A stretch of DNA of 64,000 nucleotides, taken from NCBI GenBank assembly GCA_015521615.1, contig WANW01000059.1:802-64801 (forward strand), given 5' to 3'. Below are positions 21,812 through 32,057 of the stretch, piece after piece; positions within the stretch are counted from its first letter, which is position 1; each line of letters opens with the position of its first letter. The position numbers and the translations under genes were made by a program. The DNA is from Candidatus Hydrothermarchaeota archaeon (GTDB lineage: Archaea; Hydrothermarchaeota; Hydrothermarchaeia; Hydrothermarchaeales; BMS3B). A model generated the notes under the pieces. It was given only the letters and a program-made list of their open reading frames with translations. It made no database searches and was not told where the DNA came from.

Positions 21812-22548
21812 TTCAGCACCTCCGGAAGAACTGACTCTTCCTCACCTATTACAAACACGTAGTCCTCGATGGTCTCAAACTCTTCACCATCCCTCGTAAG
21901 AACCACAACGTTTGGTTGCGGCGAGCGCACCTTCTTTATCTCCTTAATCTTGGCAACCTCGCCCATGTGGCTTCCGCCGATGATATAGGCCAGGTTTCCT
22001 TCCTTGTAGCGAAGGTGCTTTACTATGCTCCCGCTATTCAGGTCAAGAAGCACCGTATCCTTGGTGGAGTACACATCCTCCTCCGGCTTCGTGGGATCCT
22101 TTACGCGGATGAGGATATTCCTGCCGTCATGGAGGTTGAGCTGGATATGCCCGCCTTTAACGACAGTCTTGTTGTTTATCCTGCACAGCTTTACACCTGC
22201 ACGCTCCTCGGGCAGGTCTTTTAGCACAAGCCTGCCCTTTGTATCAAACAGCACAACCTTGTATACCCCCGCCTCTGGAATGTGGATTATGTCCATCAAA
22301 CCCACAGGGAATTTATGGTCCTTGCGCGGCCTTCCATCGACGAAAATCTTACCAGCCTTGATTATCTTCTTTGCCTCACGCGAGTTCCTGGCATAGCCAA
22401 GCATGTCCCTTACCACTAAAAGAAGCGCCATACTGCGCTCCTGTGGATGTGGACCTGGGCGGGGCTTCACTATGAATTTACTCTCCCTTCTCGGGATCTT
22501 CACCGCCTTTGGTGCTGTTAAACGCTTTGCATGCTTGCTCATGAGCAC
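21808..22548 (-). CDS. rps4e: 30S ribosomal protein S4e.
   Basis: Sequence and position. Confidence 0.85.
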   Translation of the reverse strand: MLMSKHAKRLTAPKAVKIPRRESKFIVKPRPGPHPQERSMALLLVVRDMLGYARNSREAKKIIKAGKIFVDGRPRKDHKFPVGLMDIIHIPEAGVYKVVLFDTKGRLVLKDLPEERAGVKLCRINNKTVVKGGHIQLNLHDGRNILIRVKDPTKPEEDVYSTKDTVLLDLNSGSIVKHLRYKEGNLAYIIGGSHMGEVAKIKEIKKVRSPQPNVVVLTRDGEEFETIEDYVFVIGEEESVLPEVLN

Positions 22549-22907
22549 TACCTCTCAAGAATTTCCTTTCTTTCCTCGTCTTTAAGCTCCAGTTTTACTA
22601 TTTCCACATTAGAAGGATGAACAGGATAGAGGCGCTCGCTGCCATCGCTGCGCTGCACCGTCACGCCGGTCACAAAGATGCGCATCCTCTTCAGATCCAC
22701 TCTCTCAACCACACCCTCATGCCCTCGGAAGTCGCCACGCAGCAGACGAACAGTGTCGCCCTTGCGCACGGGCAGGCTTCGCTTCCCATACTCTTCACGA
22801 AGCTCCTCGCTCAGGTGTGCACTCACCAGCTTCTGTCTGCGATGCAGTGGCGCGCGAAACAGCGCCTTCCTCTGTTTTCTCGGTTGCTTGCTCGGCATGA
22901 TAATCAC
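22548..22907 (-). CDS. rpl24: 50S ribosomal protein L24 (uL24).
   Basis: KOW motif; position. Confidence 0.85.
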   Translation of the reverse strand: MIIMPSKQPRKQRKALFRAPLHRRQKLVSAHLSEELREEYGKRSLPVRKGDTVRLLRGDFRGHEGVVERVDLKRMRIFVTGVTVQRSDGSERLYPVHPSNVEIVKLELKDEERKEILER

Positions 22908-23327
22908 CTAGACTATTATGCTGGCAACACTCGCTATCTTCGACCAGCGCTCCGCCGCCTCCTTTGCGACGGGGCCTTTAATTTCACTGCCCTTGGGGTC
23001 GCCCTTCTCGTTTGTTATCACCGCTGCGTTATCTTCAAACTTGACCCTCGTGCCGTCACGGCGGCGGTATTCCTTGCGCTGGCGTACTATTACAGCGCGC
23101 ACAACCTGCTTGCGCATCTCGGGTGTGCCCTTCTTAACCGAAGCTACCACCATGTCGCCCACACCGGCGCTGGGGTAGCGCCTTCTCGTACCCTTGAATC
23201 CGATAACCTGGATTATCTCTATCTCCTTTGCGCCCGTGTTGTCCACCACATCGAGGCGAGCACCGCTTGGAAGTGCCCTTGTAACGTTAGCCTTGATGCC
23301 CTGCATCTCACTCTGCCTCCTTTTCAA
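22908..23327 (-). CDS. rpl14: 50S ribosomal protein L14 (uL14).
   Basis: Sequence and position. Confidence 0.85.
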   Translation of the reverse strand: MKRRQSEMQGIKANVTRALPSGARLDVVDNTGAKEIEIIQVIGFKGTRRRYPSAGVGDMVVASVKKGTPEMRKQVVRAVIVRQRKEYRRRDGTRVKFEDNAAVITNEKGDPKGSEIKGPVAKEAAERWSKIASVASIIV

Positions 23328-23631
23328 TCACCACAAAACTCTTCGCCTTGCTTATCGGCCTGCATTCCATAATCTTTACCCTGTCACCCACCTTTGCGGA
23401 GATGCAGGGTGGATTGTGCGCAAGGATTCTGCTCCTTCGCTTCTCGTATCTTTCGTATTTCTTAATGTAACGAAGGTAATCTTTTTGGACTACAACACTG
23501 TTGTGCATGCCGTTGCTAACCACTTTACCTTCTATAATCTGCCCTCTAACCTTCAGGTGCCCGTGGAAGGGGCAGTTTTTGTCATCACAGCTTTTTTCCG
23601 GGGGCTTTACATCAACGCCTATATCGCGCAT
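23308..23631 (-). CDS. rps17: 30S ribosomal protein S17 (uS17).
   Basis: Sequence and position. Confidence 0.85.
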   Translation of the reverse strand: MRDIGVDVKPPEKSCDDKNCPFHGHLKVRGQIIEGKVVSNGMHNSVVVQKDYLRYIKKYERYEKRRSRILAHNPPCISAKVGDRVKIMECRPISKAKSFVVIEKEAE

Positions 23632-23637
23632 ACTTTT

Positions 23638-23901
23638 TCACCTTTTTATCCTGTCTTCTGGTCTTGCTATGAGGGCTTTACCCTCAACCTCAAGCACGCG
23701 ATTGCCCACACGAAAGCGAAATGTGGCTATGGCTTTAGCCACTTTTTTGCGCTTACCCTCAACCTCGAGGGTGAGCATATTCCTGGTCTCATCCACCACC
23801 ACGCCGCGAAGCCCTACCAGCGTAGGGTCGGTGGCGGCCACGATTTCGCATTCGAGGCCAATCAGCTCGTGCTTTGTTATATATTTTGCCCGGAGATTCA
23901 T
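23638..23901 (-). CDS. rnp1: RNase P protein component 1 (Rpp29/Pop4).
   Basis: Sm-like Rpp29 fold sequence. Conserved position between L29 and S17. Confidence 0.75.
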   Translation of the reverse strand: MNLRAKYITKHELIGLECEIVAATDPTLVGLRGVVVDETRNMLTLEVEGKRKKVAKAIATFRFRVGNRVLEVEGKALIARPEDRIKR

Positions 23902-23914
23902 AACGGCTCAGTAA

Positions 23915-24115
23915 CTATGAAGATTTTTCATTGATTATTGTCATTATTCTGGCAATTGTTCTGCGAAGCTCACGCACCCTGCCCGGATTCTCGGGTACGC
24001 CCACCGCAGTTGCCTTTGAACGCTCCCTGAGGAGTTCCATTCTAAGCTCTTCCAGCTTATCCTTCAGCTCTTCCACGCTCATATCCCTAATCTCACTTGT
24101 CCTGAGTATCGCCAT
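23915..24115 (-). CDS. rpl29: 50S ribosomal protein L29 (uL29).
   Basis: Sequence and position. Confidence 0.85.
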   Translation of the reverse strand: MAILRTSEIRDMSVEELKDKLEELRMELLRERSKATAVGVPENPGRVRELRRTIARIMTIINEKSS

Positions 24116-24117
24116 AA

Positions 24118-24933
24118 CTATGCCTCCTTGCTCTCACTGCTTTTCTCAGGCTGTTTCTCCTCTGACGTCTCCGATGAAGTCTCCTCTGCAGCTTCTTTCT
24201 TCTCAGCCTCCGCATCCTCTTTGCCTGCCTCCTCCTTGCTCTCCTCCTCTGCGATCTCCTCCTGGAGCTGCTCCACCACCTGGGCTATCTCCTCCTTTTC
24301 TTCCTCCTCTTCACCCTTGGAAGGTACTTCTACTTTAGGCTCCTCCTTGAATATGATGTCGTCAGGCAGGCGTGTGCCAGGAGGCATTATCTTTACCTTT
24401 ACGCCTATAACTCCCGGCTTGGGTGCAGCAACAGCATAACCCTCCTTCACATACAGCATCGCCGGCTCGCCGCAGTGTTTCAGATAGCCATCGACGAACT
24501 TCACAGTCTTCGCTCGCTCACCTGTAAGCTTGCCGGAGATAGTTATCTCTGCACCTCTGGCACCGGCTTCCATTATTCTGCGCAGCGCTGTATAGGCTGC
24601 CCTGCGGAAGTGTATTCCTCGCTCAAGAGCATTGGCTATGCTCCTCGCCATAACATTTGGATTAAGCTCAGGCACCTCAAGCTCATTTACCTCAACCTGG
24701 GGGTTGTCCAGCCCAAAGCGGGTTTTGAGGATGGTGGTAAGCTTACGTATCGCCTGCCCCTTGCGACCTATCACAAGGCCAGGACGCTGCACATGCACAA
24801 TAACACGTGTACCAAGAGGTGTGCGCTGGATGTCTATCTCACCACAGCCAGCGCGCTCCAGCTCACGCTGCAGGAATTCCTTCACCTCAAACTTGCGGAT
24901 ATTGTCCTCGATGAACTTCCTCTCCAGCGCCAT
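24118..24933 (-). CDS. rps3: 30S ribosomal protein S3 (uS3) with a C-terminal acidic E/K-rich extension of about 60 aa.
   Basis: KH domain plus S3 C-domain, then a low-complexity EEEEEKEE...KEA tail. Confidence 0.85.
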   Translation of the reverse strand: MALERKFIEDNIRKFEVKEFLQRELERAGCGEIDIQRTPLGTRVIVHVQRPGLVIGRKGQAIRKLTTILKTRFGLDNPQVEVNELEVPELNPNVMARSIANALERGIHFRRAAYTALRRIMEAGARGAEITISGKLTGERAKTVKFVDGYLKHCGEPAMLYVKEGYAVAAPKPGVIGVKVKIMPPGTRLPDDIIFKEEPKVEVPSKGEEEEEKEEIAQVVEQLQEEIAEEESKEEAGKEDAEAEKKEAAEETSSETSEEKQPEKSSESKEA

Positions 24934-24937
24934 GAAA

Positions 24938-25408
24938 TCACCTTTCCTCGAGAATCACTTCCATATGTGTGGTTGGAGTGTTGTGAGGCGTAGCCCTGCC
25001 ATAGGCGCGGGGAAGCCAGCCTCTAATTACAGGACCACGCTGTGCCGCAATATGTTTTATAAACAGCCTCTCAGGGTCCAGGCCCTTGTACTCGGCATTC
25101 GCCTGGGCACTCTCCAGGAGCTTGAGCACCTGTCTAGCCGCCTTCTGGGGATATCTACCAGCGTAGGCCTTGACCAGGCCCCTGCGGTGGGCAACACCCT
25201 TCTTGAACCTGCGCAGGGGCAGAGGGCGGCGCATGGCTATTATATCCTCAAGATAGCGCTTGGCCTTCTCAAGCTTCATACCGCGGAGTTCTCGCGCTAT
25301 CTCTATGCTCCACTTGGGCGATATTCGCATAGCCCTGCCCATAGCCCTGGCGATTTTTTCTTCGTTTTCAACCCTGAATGAGTAGCCCAGCTTCGCCACG
25401 GAAATCAC
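24938..25408 (-). CDS. rpl22: 50S ribosomal protein L22 (uL22).
   Basis: Sequence and position. Confidence 0.85.
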   Translation of the reverse strand: MISVAKLGYSFRVENEEKIARAMGRAMRISPKWSIEIARELRGMKLEKAKRYLEDIIAMRRPLPLRRFKKGVAHRRGLVKAYAGRYPQKAARQVLKLLESAQANAEYKGLDPERLFIKHIAAQRGPVIRGWLPRAYGRATPHNTPTTHMEVILEER

Positions 25409-25804
25409 CTACTTAAGCGGCACATACATTGAGCTTCGTGTCGCTCCCATACCGGGTGAGCCGTGCTGCACCCTCTTGCGGGTAAGGGAGAACTCACCAA
25501 GGTAATGGCCTATCATCTCGGGCTTTACTTCCACGCGCGTCCAGTCCTTGCCATTGTGCACCTCGAAAGTCAGGCCAACCATGTTGGGCAGGATTATCAT
25601 GTCCCTCGCATGGGTGCGAAGCTTAACCTTCTCACCATTGAGGGCCTTCTTCACCTTCTCCATCAGCTTCTTCTGCAGAGGAGTTAGTCCGCGCTTCAAC
25701 GAGCGCCTCTGCCGCGCGGGAAGAAGCTCTATAAGCTCGTCTATGCTCATCTTCTGAAGCTCTTCAAGGGTGTAACCGCGATATCTAAACTCCTTCCTTG
25801 CCAT
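25409..25804 (-). CDS. rps19: 30S ribosomal protein S19 (uS19).
   Basis: Sequence and position. Confidence 0.85.
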   Translation of the reverse strand: MARKEFRYRGYTLEELQKMSIDELIELLPARQRRSLKRGLTPLQKKLMEKVKKALNGEKVKLRTHARDMIILPNMVGLTFEVHNGKDWTRVEVKPEMIGHYLGEFSLTRKRVQHGSPGMGATRSSMYVPLK

Positions 25805-25806
25805 AT

Positions 25807-26526
25807 CTATCGCCTCCCGGTCCTGCGGGCTGAGATAAGGCCAACCTTCTTGCCTGGAGGCATTCTGCGCGAGATGGTGGTGGGCTTACCGGGTGAATGT
25901 GAGCCACCGCCGAAGGGATGATCCACAGGATTCATGGCTACCTTCCTAACAACTGGCCAGTACTTGGCCTTGGAGCGCAGCATGTGGAAACGCTTACCTG
26001 CCTTCATAATTGGCTTATCCCTTCTACCGCCTCCAGCAACCACACCAATTGTAGCCCTGCACCTGGAATCCAGGGTCTTAAGACTTCCGCTGGGGAGCTG
26101 GATTATGGTTTTTGCTCCCTCATGGGAGACCACAAGCCCATAGGCACCTGCACTGCGAATAAGCTTGCCTCCATCGCCCGGGTGGTTCTCAATGTTGCAG
26201 ACCGGCGTACCTTCAGGGATATTTCCCAGGGGGAGAACATTACCCGGAGAGATAGCAGCATGAGCACCAGCTTCAATGGTGTCGCCAACCTTAATCCCCT
26301 CCTGAGCAAGAAGATACATCTTTTCTCCCCCCTCAAACACAACCCTTAGAAGAGGCGCGGTGCGCGCGGGGTCGTGTAGTATATCTATTACCTTTCCCAC
26401 AACTTTTCCATTTTTCTCCTTCTCGTCGTACTTGCGATACTTGAGCTCGCAGCGATAGCGATGAGAGGGTGCCCTGAAGGTTATGCTTCCCTTACCACGG
26501 CGCTGTGAAATTATCCGCTTGCCCAT
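25807..26526 (-). CDS. rpl2: 50S ribosomal protein L2 (uL2).
   Basis: Sequence and position. Confidence 0.85.
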   Translation of the reverse strand: MGKRIISQRRGKGSITFRAPSHRYRCELKYRKYDEKEKNGKVVGKVIDILHDPARTAPLLRVVFEGGEKMYLLAQEGIKVGDTIEAGAHAAISPGNVLPLGNIPEGTPVCNIENHPGDGGKLIRSAGAYGLVVSHEGAKTIIQLPSGSLKTLDSRCRATIGVVAGGGRRDKPIMKAGKRFHMLRSKAKYWPVVRKVAMNPVDHPFGGGSHSPGKPTTISRRMPPGKKVGLISARRTGRR

Positions 26527-26535
26527 TTCAATCAC

Positions 26536-26796
26536 CTAGAATATACCTATTCTCGTCGCCACCTCGTCGGCGCGATACTCGGGTGCCAGCCTGACGTATG
26601 CCTTCTTCACACCCTTTGGATTTATTGAAGTGTTAACTTCTTCCACCTTTACTTCATACAGCTTCTCCACGGCTTCCTTCACCTGCTTCTTGTTGGCCTC
26701 TCTTCTAACAATGAACACAAGCTTATTCTCATTCTCAAGCATCTTCATCGACTTCTCCGTAACATCCGGGGAAATAATTATTTCGTGGGGGTTCAT
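26536..26796 (-). CDS. rpl23: 50S ribosomal protein L23 (uL23).
   Basis: Sequence and position. Confidence 0.85.
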   Translation of the reverse strand: MNPHEIIISPDVTEKSMKMLENENKLVFIVRREANKKQVKEAVEKLYEVKVEEVNTSINPKGVKKAYVRLAPEYRADEVATRIGIF

Positions 26797-27578
26797 GCTC
26801 CAAACCTCTCTTCAAGCACCTTTAAGGCATTTTCGGTATAAAGAGTAAGCCTTCCAGCGTGTGTGCCGGGAGCAAGGTCTTCTGTACTCAGATTGCGCGC
26901 AAGCACGACGTCCACGCCTGGCAGGTTACGCGCAGCTTTTACTACGCCCTTATCGTCACCAACCACGACAAGAACACTCTTTCTATTCTTGTATCTCCTT
27001 CCGCGGCGCTTGCCAACACCCGCACGAACTTTGCGCTTTGAAGCGCGCTCAACATCGTCGAGAAGCTTGAGGGAGGCAAACACCTCCTTTACATCCTTAA
27101 CCTTGGAGAGCTCTTCAAAGGCGTTCTCCACCACAACTGGAAGCTCTATATCCTCAGGCACCCGATGGCCTCTTGCAATAACAAGCTCCTTATTTGCGGT
27201 TGCTGCAATCGCAGAGGCTATGGCTTTGAGCCTCTCCTTGCGATTGATCTTTTCATATATTCTCTTCTCAACCTTGGGCGGATGCGCCCTTCGACCGCCT
27301 ACCGCCATGGGCACAAAAGCTGCTCTGCCAGCAGCAGGGTATCGAGAGCCCTTCATGCGGGGCACACGGGAGACACCATGCCCCGGACCCCAGGACTCGG
27401 CGGATGTGCGCTTACCTGCGTACCAGTCACTGCCATAAGGCTGCAGGCGATGAGACTGCTGGACTATTACAGCACGCTTTATAATATCGGGACGGTACTC
27501 TGTGGTAAACACTGCGGGAAGTTTTATCTTCCCCTTGACCTTACCATCGAGAGAATAAACAGTAGCTTCCATCTTCAC
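26793..27578 (-). CDS. rpl4: 50S ribosomal protein L4 (uL4).
   Basis: Sequence and position. Confidence 0.85.
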   Translation of the reverse strand: MKMEATVYSLDGKVKGKIKLPAVFTTEYRPDIIKRAVIVQQSHRLQPYGSDWYAGKRTSAESWGPGHGVSRVPRMKGSRYPAAGRAAFVPMAVGGRRAHPPKVEKRIYEKINRKERLKAIASAIAATANKELVIARGHRVPEDIELPVVVENAFEELSKVKDVKEVFASLKLLDDVERASKRKVRAGVGKRRGRRYKNRKSVLVVVGDDKGVVKAARNLPGVDVVLARNLSTEDLAPGTHAGRLTLYTENALKVLEERFGA

Positions 27579-28570
27579 ACACCCTGCTTGGACTCAAGAC
27601 TTATGTAGGTAAGCTGGGGCTTGCCCTCTGGTAGATGCTCTGGCGGGCGTATAGCCGGACGGAAACGTACAAGCCTCTTTCTCGGACCAGGTATAGAGCC
27701 CTCCAGGATTATATAATCACCGCGCACAATACCATAGCCCAGGAATCCACCTCTGGGTGTTACCTCCTCACCCTTATCACCAATCTTAAGAATGCGCTTA
27801 TTGAACTCGGTGCGGTGGTGGTAGCCCATCTGACCGCTCTGAGGCACAGTCCACATCATCGCTGAGGGGTGCCACGGCCCAAGCGTGCCCGCGGTACGCC
27901 TGCCCTTGCGCGTCTTGTGGTGCAGAATCTTCACACCCCATCTGCGCACCGGGCTCTGGAATCCCTTGCCCTTTGTAACCGCCATTACATCTACGAACTC
28001 ACCTTCCTCGAATACATCGCCTATCCTTATCTCGCTGCCCAGCTTCTCCTTTGCATACTCAAAAGCCTCGCTAAGATTGCCGGACACCAGGTATTCCATA
28101 ACCTCTGGCTTCTTCTTCCCGATGCCGGTAACTCTCGGCTGGGTATGAACAAGAAGGCGAACCTGCTCCGCTTTCTCCAGATAAGACTCCAGGTCTTCCA
28201 CACCCTTCTCCAGCTTCTTGGGCAGAGGAAGCCTCCTTGCAAGCTCGGGGGCGAGATCCTTCGCCCATGCCTCGCTCAGAGTGCGCAGCCCGAAGGTATT
28301 CCTCTCGTAGAGCCTCACCCCAAAAACTTTGAGCGGAGGAGCCTCAACTACAGTTACCGCCTTGGTTATCTCCTCTCCATGGGTAAGGCTGTGCGGGTAG
28401 TCGTCAATGAGCACAACATGAGTCATTCCCGCCTTGTAGCCCGCAAAACCCTGCATTCTCACCCTATCTTCAACTACCCAGTTCTTTATCTTGGGCACCG
28501 GCGAAGCTGCACGCTTGCGCGGGCTGAATCCAAGGCTTCCGCGATGCGGATGATGCGCTCTCTTTCCCAT
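27575..28570 (-). CDS. rpl3: 50S ribosomal protein L3 (uL3).
   Basis: Sequence; first gene of the cluster. Confidence 0.85.
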   Translation of the reverse strand: MGKRAHHPHRGSLGFSPRKRAASPVPKIKNWVVEDRVRMQGFAGYKAGMTHVVLIDDYPHSLTHGEEITKAVTVVEAPPLKVFGVRLYERNTFGLRTLSEAWAKDLAPELARRLPLPKKLEKGVEDLESYLEKAEQVRLLVHTQPRVTGIGKKKPEVMEYLVSGNLSEAFEYAKEKLGSEIRIGDVFEEGEFVDVMAVTKGKGFQSPVRRWGVKILHHKTRKGRRTAGTLGPWHPSAMMWTVPQSGQMGYHHRTEFNKRILKIGDKGEEVTPRGGFLGYGIVRGDYIILEGSIPGPRKRLVRFRPAIRPPEHLPEGKPQLTYISLESKQGV

Positions 28571-28758
28571 TTCTTCACCTCATCACAATCTGGTGCCTTC
28601 TCTTCAAGAGTTGCACCCAGAACAAAACCCCCCGAGCTAGAAAGCTCAGAGGGGATGGCTTACTGAAAAGATGTATTACTGATATATATAGATTTCGTTT
28701 CACTCTGCTATTAAGACCTGTGATGTGGGTTTGGGAAAGCAGTAACGTGTGTAATGGT

Positions 28759-29388
28759 TTATATAAAAGCATACACTGCAGCGCTGCCTGCAAGAGGAAT
28801 GAGAAAGTTGTCGTCCACGCGCAAAGGGAGCGACTCCACCAGCATACCTGCCGCTGCTGCTGCAAAAGCGAGGGCCGCAGCCTGCGATACTCCAACGCTA
28901 CAGAAAATGGTGAGGTAAAGGAGAACACCTAAAAACGCATAACCTGCGCCTATAAGCGAGCCTTCCACACTTTTCTTGCTGTTATAAGGCAACCTTCGCC
29001 TGCCAAGCTTTTTCCCCGCAAGGGTAGACATCGAATCGCCCAGTGCGAGAACCAATATGCCAGAGCCCACGACAAAGAAGGGTGCACCAAGCAACGAGCC
29101 GAATACCACCATTGTGGCTAGGACTCCAGAGAAGAATCTGAAGGTGCCCTTGCCAGGGGAATGCTTTTTAACATCCTCTCGCTCGGCGATGTCCACCAGC
29201 GTGGCAAATACCGGCAGGCGAATCCCCCGCTTATAGAGCAGGGCAATGCAGTAGCCAATAAGCAGCATCCCCGCAACTAGTGCCTCGGGAGCAAGCCAGG
29301 AGGAGAAGCGCTCATAGAAGAACTGAAGGTAGAAAGGCGTAACTGCCCCGCTCATGTGGATAAGCTGTCTTCTGGTCTCTAAGTCCAT
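28759..29388 (-). CDS. Polyprenol/dolichol kinase-like membrane protein (CTP-dependent, CdsA superfamily).
   Basis: Multi-TM protein with a conserved C-terminal block (GKKLGRRRLPYNSKKSVEGSLIG) typical of the cytidylyltransferase/dolichol kinase superfamily. Confidence 0.45.
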   Translation of the reverse strand: MDLETRRQLIHMSGAVTPFYLQFFYERFSSWLAPEALVAGMLLIGYCIALLYKRGIRLPVFATLVDIAEREDVKKHSPGKGTFRFFSGVLATMVVFGSLLGAPFFVVGSGILVLALGDSMSTLAGKKLGRRRLPYNSKKSVEGSLIGAGYAFLGVLLYLTIFCSVGVSQAAALAFAAAAAGMLVESLPLRVDDNFLIPLAGSAAVYAFI

Positions 29389-30600
29389 TCAACCACCCGC
29401 CATGAGAAAGCTGGGCTTGAAAATACTGAAAAGAAGGATGAGCACCATCGCAGTGGATACATAAGCAGAGAGCCTTTCAGCATCGCTCGCGGCTAAGAAC
29501 TTCTCGAGAATAAGGCGGAATATGTGGTGCCCGTCCGTAGCAGCGATGCCAAGATGGAGCGGAGCAAGGTTAACAAAACCAATCGCCTGGTTGAGCAGGG
29601 CAATCCAGTAGAGCGAGTAGAATATAACCAGTGGGAGCACCAGGCCAAAATAATGTCTGAACTCATCCTTCACCGGAAAGAATGGTCTAACGCCTATGAA
29701 CCCGCGCTCAGGGTTATCTTCCCGCGAGGCTGTTACAAGGTCGAAACTGCCCCTGTCGGTGACTATTGAAATCCTCTCCCCCGGCCTTAGCTCCATCACC
29801 ACACGATAGAAGTCCTCTATGGTGTCAATCGCCTCATCCTGAATCTTTTTAATAACCATACCCTTCTCCAGAACCTGCGACGCCGGCGAACCCTCAACCA
29901 CGTCAATTATCTGCACTCCTCCACCCGAGGTTTCAAACACCGCAGAGATGTAGAAGGGTATTGCCAGGGTAACAAGAAATGCAACAAGGAGATTTGCCGC
30001 TGAGCCCGCGGAATAAACCCTGAGCTGGCTTAACCAGGAGCTGTTCTTCAGCTCATCCTCATCAGGCTCCACAAATGCGCCTACCGGGAGGACACCCACC
30101 AGAGCCACGCCCAGGCTTTTGATGGATATGCGCTCTGCTGTTGCAATAATGCCATGGGCAAGCTCATGCACCACAAGCACAGATATCAAGCCTATTATTC
30201 CATACCAGAAGGGGATGGTATAGCCCGGGACAAGAGGCTTGGGCTGCAGAAGGTCTATACGCTCAACAAACAGGAAGTAAAGCCCAAGAATGAGCATGCC
30301 CACCATGAAAAGCGTGCCAGCGATTCCAACCAGCGCTACAGGATAACCCACAGCTCGCCAGAACCTTACATGTCCCGCTATTTTGAATATCAGTCTCTTG
30401 CCCCGCTCTGTCTTGATTATGAGCAGAATCGCATGCCTGTCTATATTCAGCTTTCCCTTTTCTGCAACCTCAAGAATAACCAGCCATAGAAGTGCTGAAC
30501 CAATCAGAAAAACCTCGAGCTTGGAGGGCTCTTCCTCCACGAAGGTAATCCATAGGGCGGAGAGGGTAGCGATTATCACAAACCACTGCCAGTTACGCAT
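29389..30600 (-). CDS. Site-2 protease (RseP-like membrane zinc metalloprotease with a PDZ domain).
   Basis: HELAHG zinc motif within a TM helix; PDZ-like region; multi-TM. Confidence 0.7.
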   Translation of the reverse strand: MRNWQWFVIIATLSALWITFVEEEPSKLEVFLIGSALLWLVILEVAEKGKLNIDRHAILLIIKTERGKRLIFKIAGHVRFWRAVGYPVALVGIAGTLFMVGMLILGLYFLFVERIDLLQPKPLVPGYTIPFWYGIIGLISVLVVHELAHGIIATAERISIKSLGVALVGVLPVGAFVEPDEDELKNSSWLSQLRVYSAGSAANLLVAFLVTLAIPFYISAVFETSGGGVQIIDVVEGSPASQVLEKGMVIKKIQDEAIDTIEDFYRVVMELRPGERISIVTDRGSFDLVTASREDNPERGFIGVRPFFPVKDEFRHYFGLVLPLVIFYSLYWIALLNQAIGFVNLAPLHLGIAATDGHHIFRLILEKFLAASDAERLSAYVSTAMVLILLFSIFKPSFLMAGG

Positions 30601-30639
30601 TGCGACACCTTTTTATTTTCTCAGGTTTGAATACTATCC

Positions 30640-30960
30640 ATGTACGCTGTAATATATATTACGGCAAAAGATGCCATCCAGGCAAGGGAGATTGCCCGCA
30701 GGCTGGTAGAGGAGAGACTCGCCGCATGCGCAAATATTATAGAAAGGGTTAACTCCATATACTGGTGGCGCGGTAAAATTGAAGAAGAAGAGGAGGCTTT
30801 TATAATAGTTAAAACTTTAAAAGAAAAGGTTCCCGCGATAGTAAAGCGGGTGAAGGAGCTTCACACCTACGAAGTTCCGGAGATTATAGCCCTCGAAATA
30901 ACAGAAGGCAGCAAAGATTACCTCCACTGGCTTAGAGAGGAGACAGGAGGAGATACATAG
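30640..30960 (+). CDS. cutA: Divalent-cation tolerance protein CutA.
   Basis: CutA1 fold sequence; about 105 aa. Confidence 0.8.
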   Translation: MYAVIYITAKDAIQAREIARRLVEERLAACANIIERVNSIYWWRGKIEEEEEAFIIVKTLKEKVPAIVKRVKELHTYEVPEIIALEITEGSKDYLHWLREETGGDT

Positions 30961-30976
30961 ATCTAGAGGTTTGAAC

Positions 30977-32053
30977 ATGAAAATTGAGGAACTGAAGGAT
31001 TTTATAGACTCTCTTGGCGATATGGTGATAATAATAAGTAAAGACAGGAAAATACTCGCGGCGAATGAGGCCCTTTTGAAGAGGTGTAAATTCAGACAGA
31101 ATGAGATAGTAGGCAGAAACTGCTACATGGTGAGCCACTGCCTCAAAATTCCGTGTCCTGAGGATGTTGTGTGCCCCCTCGATGAGGTAATTGCGACCGG
31201 GAAGGTAAAGAGGGTTGTGCACACCCACTACACCAGAAATGGGAAGAAGATGGTGGTTGAGATATCTGCATCCCCCCTTAAAAAAGATGGGGAAATAATT
31301 GGAATTATAGAGATAATCCGTGATATAACTGACAGCTACAGCTTTCAGGAGGGTCTTAAAGCCAGTCTTGAGAAGTTTAAGAAAACCATGGAGATTAAAG
31401 AGTTATTCAGCGACATCCTGACCCATGACCTCCTAAATGTGGCCAATATAATACTTCTCCAGAGCGAGATACTCCTTGAAAGAGAAACATGCGAGGACAC
31501 AAGGGAAGACCTGAAGAGGTTGAAGAAGAACGTGGAGAGACTGGTTAACATGATTGAGAGTGCGGCGAGATATGCAAGGCTTCACAGTATTGAAAGCCTT
31601 GACTTCAGGGAGATGGACCTCACAAAGCTTCTCAAGGGTGTGGTTTCTGCCTTTGAAGAGGCCGCAAAGGAGAAGAACATAAAAATAGAAGTTATGGTTC
31701 ATTCCCCAAGGTTAGCTATGGTTAATCCGAATATAGAGTCCGTGTTCTATAACCTGATTTCAAATGCAATTAAATTCAGCCCTCCGGGAAAGAGGGTGGT
31801 GGTGGACATAATAGATGAGAAGGATACATATCTGATTATGGTAAAGGATTATGGCCCAGGAGTGCCGGATAAGGATAAGGAAAGTATATTTGAGCGCTTC
31901 AAACGGATAGAGAAGGGTGCCGTGAAGGGCACCGGCCTGGGTCTGGCGATCGTGAAGCGGGTGGCAGAACTCCACCACGGCAGAGCCTGGGTGGAGGACA
32001 ACCCCGAGGGAGGGAGCATCTTCTACGTGAGAATACCAAAGAAGCAGAGGTGA
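30977..32053 (+). CDS. Sensor histidine kinase with an N-terminal PAS domain carrying a Cys-rich motif.
   Basis: PAS region, then HisKA (SDILTHDLLN) and HATPase (GTGLGLAIVKRVAELHHG). PAS contains C-x5-C-x4-C-x5-C (CYMVSHCLKIPCPEDVVC). Confidence 0.75.
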   Translation: MKIEELKDFIDSLGDMVIIISKDRKILAANEALLKRCKFRQNEIVGRNCYMVSHCLKIPCPEDVVCPLDEVIATGKVKRVVHTHYTRNGKKMVVEISASPLKKDGEIIGIIEIIRDITDSYSFQEGLKASLEKFKKTMEIKELFSDILTHDLLNVANIILLQSEILLERETCEDTREDLKRLKKNVERLVNMIESAARYARLHSIESLDFREMDLTKLLKGVVSAFEEAAKEKNIKIEVMVHSPRLAMVNPNIESVFYNLISNAIKFSPPGKRVVVDIIDEKDTYLIMVKDYGPGVPDKDKESIFERFKRIEKGAVKGTGLGLAIVKRVAELHHGRAWVEDNPEGGSIFYVRIPKKQR

Positions 32054-32057
32054 AGCC

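Noticed and set aside
15313-28928. Numerous ORF-track entries antisense to or overlapping the ribosomal-protein genes. Examples: 15569-15937, 17178-17471, 22617-23372, 23194-23934, 24632-25381, 26863-27438, 27869-28666, 28575-28928.
   Set aside because: They overlap well-supported conserved genes on the opposite strand, have low-complexity or Ser/Ala/Pro/Arg-rich composition typical of antisense frames in GC-rich coding DNA, and have no recognisable domains.
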